Source: a virus (taxonomy: Duplodnaviria > Caudoviricetes). Taken from it: DNA of 59,671 bases. The notes below the pieces were generated by a model. That model saw only the letters and a list, made by a program, of their open reading frames with translations, had not been told where the DNA came from and did not search any database. This document shows, piece by piece, positions 28,241-37,871 of this stretch. How positions within the stretch are numbered: position 1 is the first letter of the stretch; the number at the start of each line of letters is the position of its first letter. Location: the IMG/VR virus record IMGVR_UViG_3300037833_000032, positions 1 through 59,671 of that record. One strand, 5' to 3'. The translations under genes and the position numbers were made by a program.

Positions 28241-29007
28241 TGAAAAAGCTCAATATCAAATCAAATAATCCGGTAATGGTGCATGTACAAATACTTGCAT
28301 CCGGAAATGCAGTACTCGCTATTCGTGGCTATGAGAAAGGTAAGGCCAATACTACCTATGTAGACCGCAAATATGGAACTGTTCAAAGTCCGGTATCTGG
28401 AAAGATTGATTTGAAATTGCCAATGCCTGACCGATTTGAAAAGCTAGGTATAACAGTTACGAATGTGCTTAACTCTTCTCCAGTGAAGATTGTAAGCCTT
28501 ACTCACTCACAATTACAGCAATCCGCTTTGCAGGTTAGACAACTAACCAAGGACTATATAAAGTTCGCAGCGGATTTTGCTAAAAAATGTGGCCATATAC
28601 CTACTGACAAGTACCAAAGTAAGGATGGCAAGTTTCAGATACACTTGCTAGATCAAATCCGGGACCATGAGACAGGTAAAGTAATTCCTACTCCTGCCAG
28701 AGTAAATCACATGACAGGGATCATAGAAGTTAGCAAAAAGGACTTTGCAAAAATGACTGTAGCTAACAGGCTCTATATACTCATGCATGAGTTCGCCCAC
28801 TTTGCCAACAACACAGACGACGAAGTTGAGTGTGATATGCTTGCCGCAAAGACTTGTATGGAACTTGGCTATAGTGCTATTGAGTGCTTGTATGCAGTTT
28901 CTAAGCTGTTTTTATATAACAACGAAGCTCATCCAACACTGAAAGCAGAACAGGAAAAGAGGGTAAAGAAAGTAAAAGATTTTATCAACCAGTTTGGGAT
29001 TAAATAA
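28240..29007 (+). CDS. Zincin-like metallopeptidase with N-terminal beta domain
   Basis: YILMHEFAHF followed by DEVECD (HEXXH plus E). Confidence 0.72.
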   Translation: MKKLNIKSNNPVMVHVQILASGNAVLAIRGYEKGKANTTYVDRKYGTVQSPVSGKIDLKLPMPDRFEKLGITVTNVLNSSPVKIVSLTHSQLQQSALQVRQLTKDYIKFAADFAKKCGHIPTDKYQSKDGKFQIHLLDQIRDHETGKVIPTPARVNHMTGIIEVSKKDFAKMTVANRLYILMHEFAHFANNTDDEVECDMLAAKTCMELGYSAIECLYAVSKLFLYNNEAHPTLKAEQEKRVKKVKDFINQFGIK

Positions 29008-29451
29008 ATGTGTTTTTCAACAAAAGTAGCTCCAGAAGATATAGTTCCAAGCAAAGAAGCTAGTGCTTCTGAGTGGATTCTATGGCATAAGGCTCTAAAA
29101 TCTGCTAACCTGGGTAAAGGTTCAGCAAATATGCTATGGCTCAAAGCATGGAGATTAAGAGGTTGCGCAGGTATTGGTTGTGATGCTAATACACCTGAGT
29201 TAAGAGAGTATGTCGAATCACAAGGCTTTACTGTCAATGGGGGAGTTCTGGACTTTGTGCCGGACACATTAGACAATATAGGTGATTTTACCTCTAAAGC
29301 CTTTAATCTGAGTTTTTACACAATTGTAGCTATTGTCGTGATTATGGTTGCTTTTCTAGGCTTGCTTGCCTGGAATGTTGGTAGAAATCCACAAATGATA
29401 ATAGATGCAGGTAAGGCTTATGCAGGAGCCAGAACAGGAGGGAAGCTATGA
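29008..29451 (+). CDS. Membrane protein
   Basis: TM YTIVAIVVIMVAFLGLLAW. Confidence 0.72.
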   Translation: MCFSTKVAPEDIVPSKEASASEWILWHKALKSANLGKGSANMLWLKAWRLRGCAGIGCDANTPELREYVESQGFTVNGGVLDFVPDTLDNIGDFTSKAFNLSFYTIVAIVVIMVAFLGLLAWNVGRNPQMIIDAGKAYAGARTGGKL

Positions 29452-29879
29452 AAGCTTTAGCACAAAACTGGCTAGTTATTCTCCTGTTTGTAGTCATTCT
29501 CTTTATTGGTGCTGTCATTTACGGCAAGATCAACAAAGCCAAGAAAGAGGAACAAATCAGACGTATCAATGAAATACTTGATAAAGGAATTGGTGTAGAT
29601 GGGATAGACATAAAAAGTATTACTCTCAATACTAAGGCAGATACTTCTTACAATGCCTTATCCGATGTAAACATACTTTATAAGTCTAATGGCTTCTTAA
29701 TTGATGATGAAGAAGCCATTTATAACGTATTTACCGGAAAGACCAAAGCACAGATAGCACAAATTTACCAGACCTTCCTTTCTACCTACAAGCAGGATTT
29801 AGACGAGTTTCTAAAAAGTTTCCTTAATCTAAAGACTGAGTACCCAAATGTCATACGCTTAGTTAATCAAGCTGCATGA
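29448..29879 (+). CDS. N-anchored protein with one annexin-like repeat
   Basis: DVNILYKSNGFLIDDEEAIYNVFTGKTKAQIAQIYQTFLSTYKQDLDEFLKS follows the annexin repeat pattern. Confidence 0.62.
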   Translation: MKALAQNWLVILLFVVILFIGAVIYGKINKAKKEEQIRRINEILDKGIGVDGIDIKSITLNTKADTSYNALSDVNILYKSNGFLIDDEEAIYNVFTGKTKAQIAQIYQTFLSTYKQDLDEFLKSFLNLKTEYPNVIRLVNQAA

Positions 29880-29911
29880 ACCTTAAATGGACCTAAAATC
29901 AAGATTTTATC

Positions 29912-30373
29912 TTGATGTCCAGATTAAATCTTAAATCCATGAATAAGTTTTTCATCAAACATAAAAGAGTAGTTATCATTCTGCTAATCGCAGTGATAAT
30001 AATTGGAGTTGCCTATTACTTCACACTTGGCAAAGACCTGTTCGCCCAAAATCGCAACAAAAATAGCGAAGGTTCTTTACCTGAGGATGGAAGTAATAGC
30101 AATTCAATTCCAAGTAGTAGCAGTAGCAATTTAAGTTTCCCCTTAAAATGGGGAATTAAGAATTCAAATACAACTAGGCTTCAACAAAGGCTCAATATAT
30201 CAATTACTACTTGCAAAAAAGGTAGTACCATATCAGAAGATGGCATTTTGGGCGAACAGACCGTTGCGGCTATTAAGTCTTTCTTTCCAAATATCGGAAC
30301 CTCTGTAGCCACTAACAGGCAAGTAAGCCAACTGGAATACTCAAACATTATTAATTCAAAACCAGGCTGTTAA
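29912..30373 (+). CDS. N-anchored peptidoglycan-binding (PG_binding_1-like) protein
   Basis: TM, then FPLKWG..TTRLQQRLN..EDGILGEQTVAAIK. Confidence 0.75.
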   Translation: MMSRLNLKSMNKFFIKHKRVVIILLIAVIIIGVAYYFTLGKDLFAQNRNKNSEGSLPEDGSNSNSIPSSSSSNLSFPLKWGIKNSNTTRLQQRLNISITTCKKGSTISEDGILGEQTVAAIKSFFPNIGTSVATNRQVSQLEYSNIINSKPGC

Positions 30374-30378
30374 CTCGA

Positions 30379-30702
30379 ATGCCAAAGAAAAAAAAGATAG
30401 TACTGATATTAGCAGTATTGCTTGTGTTCGGTGCAGGAGTTGGTTTTTACTTCTACAATAAAAAGAAACAAGTGGAACAGGAGCCAGAAGCAACTCCTGA
30501 GAGCAAAGGCATATTGCCAGGTACTCCTTTAACAATGGAATCACAAGTACAGGCTTTATACCGGGAATTGCTAGGGAGAGAAGCCGATACATCCAGATTA
30601 GCTTATTGGACTGCCCAGGCCAATACATCCTCAATTGAAAATGTGAGAAATCAATTTATGGCTTCTCCTGAGTACAAAGCAAGAATATCAAAAGTAGCCT
30701 AA
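30379..30702 (+). CDS. N-anchored DUF4214-like protein
   Basis: VQALYRELLGREADTSRLAYW..VRNQFMASPEY. Confidence 0.72.
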   Translation: MPKKKKIVLILAVLLVFGAGVGFYFYNKKKQVEQEPEATPESKGILPGTPLTMESQVQALYRELLGREADTSRLAYWTAQANTSSIENVRNQFMASPEYKARISKVA

Positions 30703-30704
30703 CC

Positions 30705-31148
30705 ATGAAATTGCCAAAATTGAATGGATCTTTTTTGATCCAAAAGAAACAATGGTTTATAGCAGGTGCAATACTGCTTTTATTACTCGCTGTAGGTATC
30801 TACTTCTATTTGGATTACCGCAAAAAAAAGAAAGCTCATGCAAGTACTGAAGGGGATGCATCAGTAATACCTCTTATTCCGGATAATGCCAACCTTTTCA
30901 AAGACTGTCCCAATGATTCATTTCCATTGAAATATGGAAAATGCGGAAAGCGTATTGAGCAATTTCAAATGTATCTACTAAAACAGTATGGCGCTCAGTT
31001 TTCAGCATACGGCATAGATGGCAAATGGGGAGACGAGACAGAAGTACTGGCTAACAAATTCATTACTAAAAATGCTCCTTTCTCAATCAGTGAGGACTAT
31101 TTCAATAAGACTGGAATGGGGGGCTATAAAACAGTTAAATACGCTTAA
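30705..31148 (+). CDS. N-anchored peptidoglycan-binding (PG_binding_1-like) protein
   Basis: TM, then FPLKYGKCGKRIEQFQMYL..GIDGKWGDETE. Confidence 0.72.
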   Translation: MKLPKLNGSFLIQKKQWFIAGAILLLLLAVGIYFYLDYRKKKKAHASTEGDASVIPLIPDNANLFKDCPNDSFPLKYGKCGKRIEQFQMYLLKQYGAQFSAYGIDGKWGDETEVLANKFITKNAPFSISEDYFNKTGMGGYKTVKYA

Positions 31149-31169
31149 TTCAATCCTTTAACTAGCAAT

Positions 31170-31337
31170 ATGGAATCATTAAATACATTTTTTCAAGACT
31201 ATCAACAAAACGGGATACGGGTTTCGGTAGAAGTTCCAGATAAGGACTTAATGAAATTATTCGCATTTGCAGTAGGTACGGCCATTTGTGTAATCCTGGC
31301 AGTACAGTTAATCAAAGGCATATTCGATAAGTCATAA
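31170..31337 (+). CDS. 55-aa membrane protein (not in ORF track)
   Basis: MESLNTFF..LFAFAVGTAICVILAVQLIKGIFDKS. Confidence 0.65.
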   Translation: MESLNTFFQDYQQNGIRVSVEVPDKDLMKLFAFAVGTAICVILAVQLIKGIFDKS

Positions 31338-31355
31338 AGAAAGGAGATCTACAAA

Positions 31356-31610
31356 ATGAGTTGGACTAAATTAAAAATGGTGGATATGGTAGATGGCCAG
31401 GAAATCGAATTTCCTTGTGGGGTGAAAACAATAACAGTTACTCCAAAGGAGCCTTCCGGAAGTTATGACTTAACTTATGCTGATGGTAGTGGTTGTTTTG
31501 GCTTAAAAATACCCTTCTCCTATGATTATCCACAACCAATAGACAGTCAGAAAGACAACAAATTAAAAGTTGTAGCACATGGCATTGTTCACTTAATCTA
31601 TACAACATAA
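31356..31610 (+). CDS. Small beta-rich protein (possible penton/minor structural protein)
   Basis: 84 aa, preceded by AGGAG, strand-like composition; function is speculative. Confidence 0.55.
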   Translation: MSWTKLKMVDMVDGQEIEFPCGVKTITVTPKEPSGSYDLTYADGSGCFGLKIPFSYDYPQPIDSQKDNKLKVVAHGIVHLIYTT

Positions 31611-31614
31611 CCCT

Positions 31615-32364
31615 ATGAGTAGATTTGGTTCACGTTCCGGAGCTGGCAGTGGAGCCTTTAATGGAAACCGCACAGTAACCAGACCTGGCCTACCCAATGT
31701 AAATGTAGGTGGTGAAAATTTAGAAGAGTGGGCAGACGAATATTTCTTTCCTGCCAGTGCTCCAACACTTGCCGTATCTATTGCTAACAATGTGAGAGAG
31801 AAAGGTACTACTTTTCAACCTACCATTGTGGCCGATTATACGCCAAAATATGCCCTGGTAGTGGCCAGAAGGCTATACCGCAATGGAGCACTGATTACTC
31901 AACCTGCTACGGATGATTTTTCTTATCAGGATATTGTTCTTTCTGCTACCACTATTTACCGGGTACAAATTGACTATACCTTGGAAGGAGTGCCTGGAAC
32001 ACTCTCCAAAGATGTAGGGGTGTATTTCTTTGCACCAACTTATATTTTCCTTGGAGCTTTGAACATGAGTGAAGCACAAATAAAAGCTGCTGCCGGCGTT
32101 TCTGGAAAGCGCATTATTGACAGGCAATCATTATCTGATATATCCTATACAGGCAACAATACGCATCCGGCAATTGCTGAACCTGCAAGCTATAATGGTT
32201 TTTCTACTATCAAAGACCAGAATGGGTTTGTGGTTACTTCTGGCTTTTCTACAAGGCTAGTGGAATTTGCCCTGGCTGATGGCACAACAAAGGAAATGTA
32301 CCGGATTAGAGAGCACGTTGATGAAACATCGGTAAATGGGTTTAAATACAACTTTTTACGTTAG
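31615..32364 (+). CDS. Putative spike/fibre-associated structural protein (Ig-like)
   Basis: Beta-rich, PTLAVSI..REKGT..F and IKDQNGF motifs; position in the operon. Confidence 0.5.
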   Translation: MSRFGSRSGAGSGAFNGNRTVTRPGLPNVNVGGENLEEWADEYFFPASAPTLAVSIANNVREKGTTFQPTIVADYTPKYALVVARRLYRNGALITQPATDDFSYQDIVLSATTIYRVQIDYTLEGVPGTLSKDVGVYFFAPTYIFLGALNMSEAQIKAAAGVSGKRIIDRQSLSDISYTGNNTHPAIAEPASYNGFSTIKDQNGFVVTSGFSTRLVEFALADGTTKEMYRIREHVDETSVNGFKYNFLR

Positions 32365-34394
32365 TGAAAAGGCTCCTTACAATATCAATTCTCACACTTT
32401 TATTCATATTAATTATGGCAGGTGGTATACCTATTACAATTCCTTTTGAGTTATTAAATGCATCTCCTTTAGATAAACGGTTTTATTCTAACAATGCCAC
32501 GGAGAGAAATAATATAGCTTTTAGATACCGGGGAATGATTCACTACACAAAAGGCGAAGGCTTATATTATGTAGATGACAATTTTGCCTTTCAACCAATG
32601 TCAGAAGTGCTCAAAGAATCTCAAGCATTAAAAGACTGGGTAGAAGCGCAGGTAAATAAATTCTTTATAGACAATCCGGCAGTAATCGAGCAGGCTATTA
32701 CTAATTATTTTTCTGAAAACCCGGTACAGGTTACGCCAGAATTAATTGCTGAAGCTGTTGAAAACTATTTTTCTGAGAATCCTGTGGCTTCTCCTACTGC
32801 TATTGGGCAAGCAGTAAATGAGTATTTAACTGAAAACCCGGTAACTGGTGGTGCTTTGCCGCCAAAGTATACACTTAAAGAGTTGCCGATAACTCTCAAT
32901 CAAACAGATATTTCTTTTGAGTTTCCCTGGTCTAATCCTGAGTTAGTACATACTGGTTCGGTTGTTACTGAAATCTTTCGTTTTACGCCAAATGTGAAAG
33001 TTCGCATTGGTGTAAATAATCCTAATTACTTAAATGGGCCTGGGGGCCAGTACCCTCATCCGGATTATTTAGAATATCTTCCTGGTAATGGGCCAGTGGA
33101 CTTTCTAATGTATCTATCTAATGATGCCATTACGGAGGTACATTTGTATGCAGAATATCAAAGAGAACCAGGAAACTGGCAGTATTTAGCAGATTTGACC
33201 TTTACTTGGCCAGAAGATAAAAATGATACTACGGAAAGAACCATGTCCATACTTTATTATGATTTGGATGGAAATCCGGTAATGCCAGTAGATGAAACTA
33301 CGCTAAAATTCGATTTTGGCCAGGAATTTAATTTAACTCAGGCTCAGCTTGACAGTTATCCGTATCAGTTTGCCATTGTCACCGGGGACACTTTAGATGG
33401 GGAAACCTTGGACAATCCTAACCAACGCAAACGGGCATTATACCGGGCTAATAATGATCTAGTCTTACTGGCCAGTCCCTGGAGAGTAAGAATTATCTTT
33501 AATGAGGGTATTGAAACCAACTTGGAATATATCACTGCTGCTAATGTGAATTTCTTCTCCTACAAAGTAGTTGGAGACCCTAACCCGGATAATACTTTTA
33601 TAGGCCAGTTAATGGGCTTCTTTCAAGAAGGTACCCAACATCCTTGGTCTGTAGTTTCTCAAGATGAATATTCAACCATTGTTCATATTCAAGACCATTT
33701 CCATATAACAGGCTTTGAATTATACCATTGGGATGTTTCCTATACTAGTAAGTGGGATGTAGAAACAGGTAATCAGTTAATAGCCGAACAAGGCAATATC
33801 TATGTAGATGCTGAATATTTTATTCCTGGAGCCAGAGTAAAGGATGAATTAAGACCGCATTTAGTAAATTTTGCTCCACCTTATCTGAGGAACTTGTACC
33901 CTCAAGAATGGGATATGATCGCCAACGAACTGTTTACAGTAGAAACTGGCAATCCCTATGTAATTGAGGACTTACAAGAAGTAGATAGAAAGCTCAATTT
34001 TACTTTTATTGATCTATTTAACCGTAAGAAAATAGAAGTTATTGAAGCTCCAACTTCGCAGCAAGCACAAGATACTGGTTTAAAAGCTATTGCTTACCCT
34101 AGTGGTGGTGATTTGCCAGATCATTCCGGACAAACAAGCATTTTTGAAACCCTAGTAGAATATACCAAGCCATTTGCCGCTATTTCTTTTGATGCAGAAG
34201 ATGGTAGTCAGTCTTTAGGAGTGTATGACTTTTATCAAGATAATAGCTTATATCCTTCCATTATCGAATATTTTATAGATAAAGGTAAGTTACAATTTGA
34301 TATAACTATTCCAGATAGGTATTTCTTCTTTCCTGCTTATTCTCCTCCAGTCAATACTCAGGGGGTGTTTATTGCCCTAATCAAAAATTATTAA
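32364..34394 (+). CDS. Large acidic putative spike/receptor-binding protein
   Basis: PLDKRF..ERNNI..RYRGM head motif, three NYF/L-SENPV repeats, hydrophobic N-terminus. Confidence 0.55.
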   Translation: MKRLLTISILTLLFILIMAGGIPITIPFELLNASPLDKRFYSNNATERNNIAFRYRGMIHYTKGEGLYYVDDNFAFQPMSEVLKESQALKDWVEAQVNKFFIDNPAVIEQAITNYFSENPVQVTPELIAEAVENYFSENPVASPTAIGQAVNEYLTENPVTGGALPPKYTLKELPITLNQTDISFEFPWSNPELVHTGSVVTEIFRFTPNVKVRIGVNNPNYLNGPGGQYPHPDYLEYLPGNGPVDFLMYLSNDAITEVHLYAEYQREPGNWQYLADLTFTWPEDKNDTTERTMSILYYDLDGNPVMPVDETTLKFDFGQEFNLTQAQLDSYPYQFAIVTGDTLDGETLDNPNQRKRALYRANNDLVLLASPWRVRIIFNEGIETNLEYITAANVNFFSYKVVGDPNPDNTFIGQLMGFFQEGTQHPWSVVSQDEYSTIVHIQDHFHITGFELYHWDVSYTSKWDVETGNQLIAEQGNIYVDAEYFIPGARVKDELRPHLVNFAPPYLRNLYPQEWDMIANELFTVETGNPYVIEDLQEVDRKLNFTFIDLFNRKKIEVIEAPTSQQAQDTGLKAIAYPSGGDLPDHSGQTSIFETLVEYTKPFAAISFDAEDGSQSLGVYDFYQDNSLYPSIIEYFIDKGKLQFDITIPDRYFFFPAYSPPVNTQGVFIALIKNY

Positions 34395-34397
34395 GCT

Positions 34398-35090
34398 ATG
34401 GTAAAGTACGAAATACGGGAAATTACGGTAAACTCAGTAATAACTGAGATTCCGGTAACAATAGTGGATGCTGTTCGCAAGCATAGCTTTAATAATCCTT
34501 ATTATGCTTCCATTACTTTTAATGTAGATGCAAATGTGGAGCTATTGAGGGTGAAAATATCAAATCCTGAAAAGCTCTATGGAGATGATAATACACCTGG
34601 TACTCACGCTGGTTTTAAAGACTATTATCCCTGGACATACAAAGATTTCCGGGTATGGATTAATGAGATAGGTCTGGACTTTGAGTTTTTTACCATGGAG
34701 TTCTTTCAGGTAAGACCAGACCAGACCGAAATAAAAGTAGCCCAGTGTGTAATCCATTTTGATACTACTGGAGCTAGTAATGCCACTATTGAGAATCTGA
34801 CCTACTTACCTGCTAATGATAGTACGGCAGAAATAACCTCAAACGTAGCTTCGCATACTACGGATTTTATTCCACTGTTCGCTGTAGCCGTTTCTGGTTC
34901 TGCTTATGACTATTATCAGTTCTACCAGGAAGCTCCAGACAGTGATTTAATGGTAAATATGCTGAACAATGCAGAATCTCAACATTTTGAAGTAGAGATA
35001 CCAGAACGTCTGTTTAAAAAGGAGCCATTGCCATTAGACTTTATTACTGAGGAATGCAAGCTAATAGCTATTGTAAAAAAGACTAGTTAA
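34398..35090 (+). CDS. Protein partly paralogous to the 676-aa neighbour
   Basis: RVKISNPEKLYG..H..F.DY vs RIGVNNPNYLNG..H..Y.EY; FYQE..FEVEIPER..IAIVKK vs FYQD..FDITIPDR..IALIKN. Confidence 0.6.
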   Translation: MVKYEIREITVNSVITEIPVTIVDAVRKHSFNNPYYASITFNVDANVELLRVKISNPEKLYGDDNTPGTHAGFKDYYPWTYKDFRVWINEIGLDFEFFTMEFFQVRPDQTEIKVAQCVIHFDTTGASNATIENLTYLPANDSTAEITSNVASHTTDFIPLFAVAVSGSAYDYYQFYQEAPDSDLMVNMLNNAESQHFEVEIPERLFKKEPLPLDFITEECKLIAIVKKTS

Positions 35091-35100
35091 CCAATGAATT

Positions 35101-35412
35101 GTGCTTTTAATCATCTATACACTTTTGCTATTTCAGCAGGTTCCTTTACCGGATTTTACAGTCAATGAGAAAGCCTTCGAGATTAGTCCAACCAATGTAT
35201 ATGGTTGGCTAATCTACGGGCTACTAGGGTTTATAGCTTATTTAAAGCTAGAGTCTACTCTCAAAAGCTGGACAATAAGGAAAAAGGATAGGTACATAGA
35301 AACGTTGCACCAGAAATTATTAGAATCAGAAAAAACCTCAATTACGGCAGAAGAAGCCGAATTATACAATAAAATTCTTTCTCAAAAAAAAGAAACTGAG
35401 CCAACTCAATGA
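35101..35412 (+). CDS. Holin-like membrane protein
   Basis: Small, TM VYGWLIYGLLGFIAYL, charged C-terminus, at the end of the structural operon. Confidence 0.4.
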   Translation: MLLIIYTLLLFQQVPLPDFTVNEKAFEISPTNVYGWLIYGLLGFIAYLKLESTLKSWTIRKKDRYIETLHQKLLESEKTSITAEEAELYNKILSQKKETEPTQ

Positions 35413-36146
35413 ACCCTGTTATTTACAAAGCTTTATATGTGCTGCAACGCAACCTCTTCTGGGTATTGCTGCTAGGTTTCCTTTTAATGCTATTTGGCTA
35501 TATGAGTACGGTTATTCATAACCAACAAGTACAGCTAGAATTCTCCAAAGCAGTAAATAAAGAGATGGAAAATAAACTCAATGGGGTGTCAACAATCCTA
35601 TCTCAACGGGAAAATGAATTGGGACAGCAAACAACCAAAGTACTAGCCATTAGTGGCGAAAAAGAACAGTTATTCCAACTGATTGAATCTAATGACAAAC
35701 ATTTAGCTGATAGGCTAGAAAAAATGGATGTTAAGCTCAAAGATTTACACTCAATAACTTCTCTTCAGGTAACTACTTCTGGCCAGTTTCAAACTATTAC
35801 TAATGATTCCATAATTGGGAAAATTATCTATAAGTATGTAGGAGATACTCTTAAAAAGGATACTGTTAGACAGACTTTTAAATTAATCAATTATAAGGAA
35901 CCTTCCGGATGGTTTGAAATGAAAGGCTCAATTCATGGTGATACAATGAAGTTCAATCCGGTTTTTTATGAAGAGTTTGATGTACTGCTTCATGAAGAGA
36001 AAAAGCCAAAAAGATACTTTTTAGACTTGTTCCGAAAGAAACAAACTGTAGGTACGGTTTTTTCCAAAAATCCCTATACTAGAACAAATGCGGTAAAAGT
36101 TATCATTCAAAAAAGAGAAAAGAAAGGCTTTTTCTCAATCTTTTAA
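35409..36146 (+). CDS. Spanin-like (N-terminal TM plus coiled coil) protein of the Bacteroidota phage type
   Basis: TM, coiled coil, basic patch KKPKRYFLDLFRKK, SKNPYT. Confidence 0.5.
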   Translation: MNPVIYKALYVLQRNLFWVLLLGFLLMLFGYMSTVIHNQQVQLEFSKAVNKEMENKLNGVSTILSQRENELGQQTTKVLAISGEKEQLFQLIESNDKHLADRLEKMDVKLKDLHSITSLQVTTSGQFQTITNDSIIGKIIYKYVGDTLKKDTVRQTFKLINYKEPSGWFEMKGSIHGDTMKFNPVFYEEFDVLLHEEKKPKRYFLDLFRKKQTVGTVFSKNPYTRTNAVKVIIQKREKKGFFSIF

Positions 36147-36150
36147 TTAA

Positions 36151-36408
36151 TTGGGGCTTATTATGTTATTACTCAAAACTGATTGGCAGTTATTTTCAGA
36201 CAAGAAATTTAATATTATTCGAGATAATGAATTCACAATTATTTCTTCAGATGTGCAAGATTTTCATACAGCTAAAAAAATTCTTCGCTGTAGAGAAATG
36301 TACGAACTTATAGAGCAACTGCTAAAAATTAAACATGCAGGGCAAACTGAAGAATCCATATTAAAAGAAATAGAAATTTTAAAATTAGAAATTGATAAAT
36401 CTCAATGA
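36151..36408 (+). CDS. Hypothetical protein
   Basis: ORF continuing the operon. Confidence 0.5.
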   Translation: MGLIMLLLKTDWQLFSDKKFNIIRDNEFTIISSDVQDFHTAKKILRCREMYELIEQLLKIKHAGQTEESILKEIEILKLEIDKSQ

Positions 36409-36830
36409 TATGTTTAAACCAAGTACATTACTTATTTTACAAACTATTGCCTGTTTACTTACTATTATTGTTATGGGATTGCAGATTAAAGATTTTTATG
36501 ACAGAAGAAAGCAGCTAAACATATAACAGTAAGCTAATTTTAAGTATCTGGACTTAGTATTTGCTGGAAAGAGGCACTGACATCCGCTATATTCAAACAA
36601 TACTGGGCCATAACTCAGCCAAGACCACTCAACTGTATACCAATTTTACTACAAAAGCCATAAGGAAAGTAAAAAGTCCCCTAGAACATTTGCCATTCTA
36701 ACTACATTTTCCTTATTTGTTAGTTAACCTATGACATCTCTACTCTTGCCTTCTACTTACTGTAAAGCTTTCATGTTACCTACTCAAGAGTAGCATATAA
36801 AGTAGAAATGCAAAAGGTGCGTTTAGTTGC

Positions 36831-37724
36831 ATGTCATGGGGACACTATAAAAATCAATCTTACTCAATGGCAGGATTTAGAGGAAAAAATTTAAGGTCGG
36901 GAGACTTAGCCGAACAATTGGGATTACTACTACTTCAGAACGTGTGCTTGGTAGCACCAATTCCTAGAACCGAAGATGTAGGAATAGATGTAGTTGCTAC
37001 ACTCATTAAAGATTTCGATGGTCATAGGTATATTGCGGAGAATTCATTCTTCGTACAAATCAAATCTTCATCTATCCGTGAAATTATATATAAGGAAGAT
37101 GAAGTAAAGTGGTTATCCGAATTACAACTTCCATACTTCATTGCATCTGTTAATAGGAAAACAGCGTCAATCGAACTTTATTCTACACATTATTTGTGGG
37201 ATACAATTGCAACAAATCCTGTTCGAGAAGAAATTATTATAGAAATAAATGATTGTTCTGGATACGATTGTAATAATACTGATAAATCCATTCGAGTTCC
37301 TACCGGTCCTTGTATATTGACTTGGTCGTTACAAACTTTTGAAAACAATAAAAACTTTTTACAGCAGTTCTATGAGTTATTAAAGTCACATATCCTAATA
37401 ACAACAAAAGCGATTGAAACAAGACGTGTAGGTGTGGTTGAATTAGTTGAGTGGAAAACAGGAGAAAAACCAGTCAGCCTTGGAACTAAAATAAACTCTT
37501 CAAATGGCATTGAAGACGCTGACGAAATTATAAGTCCATATTTCAATTCTTTGCTGCATAAGTTGTTGTTAGGTGAAGATTTATTTATAACACGAAGCTT
37601 ATATCGAGTTTTTGAAAAGATTTTAGAGCAACACGGACATTTTACAATTGTGGACGGCAAGAAAAAACTAATTCCATTTACAGCTGATTTAAATAAAGTT
37701 TTTAAAAACAAAAATCTTAAGTAG
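36831..37724 (+). CDS. PD-(D/E)xK nuclease-like protein (DUF4365-like)
   Basis: G.LAEQ..PRTEDVGIDVVATL..FFVQIKS; start may be 36867. Confidence 0.68.
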   Translation: MSWGHYKNQSYSMAGFRGKNLRSGDLAEQLGLLLLQNVCLVAPIPRTEDVGIDVVATLIKDFDGHRYIAENSFFVQIKSSSIREIIYKEDEVKWLSELQLPYFIASVNRKTASIELYSTHYLWDTIATNPVREEIIIEINDCSGYDCNNTDKSIRVPTGPCILTWSLQTFENNKNFLQQFYELLKSHILITTKAIETRRVGVVELVEWKTGEKPVSLGTKINSSNGIEDADEIISPYFNSLLHKLLLGEDLFITRSLYRVFEKILEQHGHFTIVDGKKKLIPFTADLNKVFKNKNLK

Positions 37725-37732
37725 AAGCACGA

Positions 37733-37871
37733 ATGCACCACATCAGCTTTGTAAAAGCAGGGCTGACGAATATGTTTTCAACTATTTATCAACATTGAAC
37801 AACAGCAAGTAAATGAAGCGACAGAGCTGAACTTCCCTGCCTTCACAAAGCTGTTAACCATTAGTTGCAAT
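37733..37871 (+). repeat. Degenerate attC-like hairpin
   Basis: CAGCTTTGTAAAAGCAGGG..CCCTGCCTTCACAAAGCTG arms (2 mismatches) directly after the stop codon. Confidence 0.55.
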
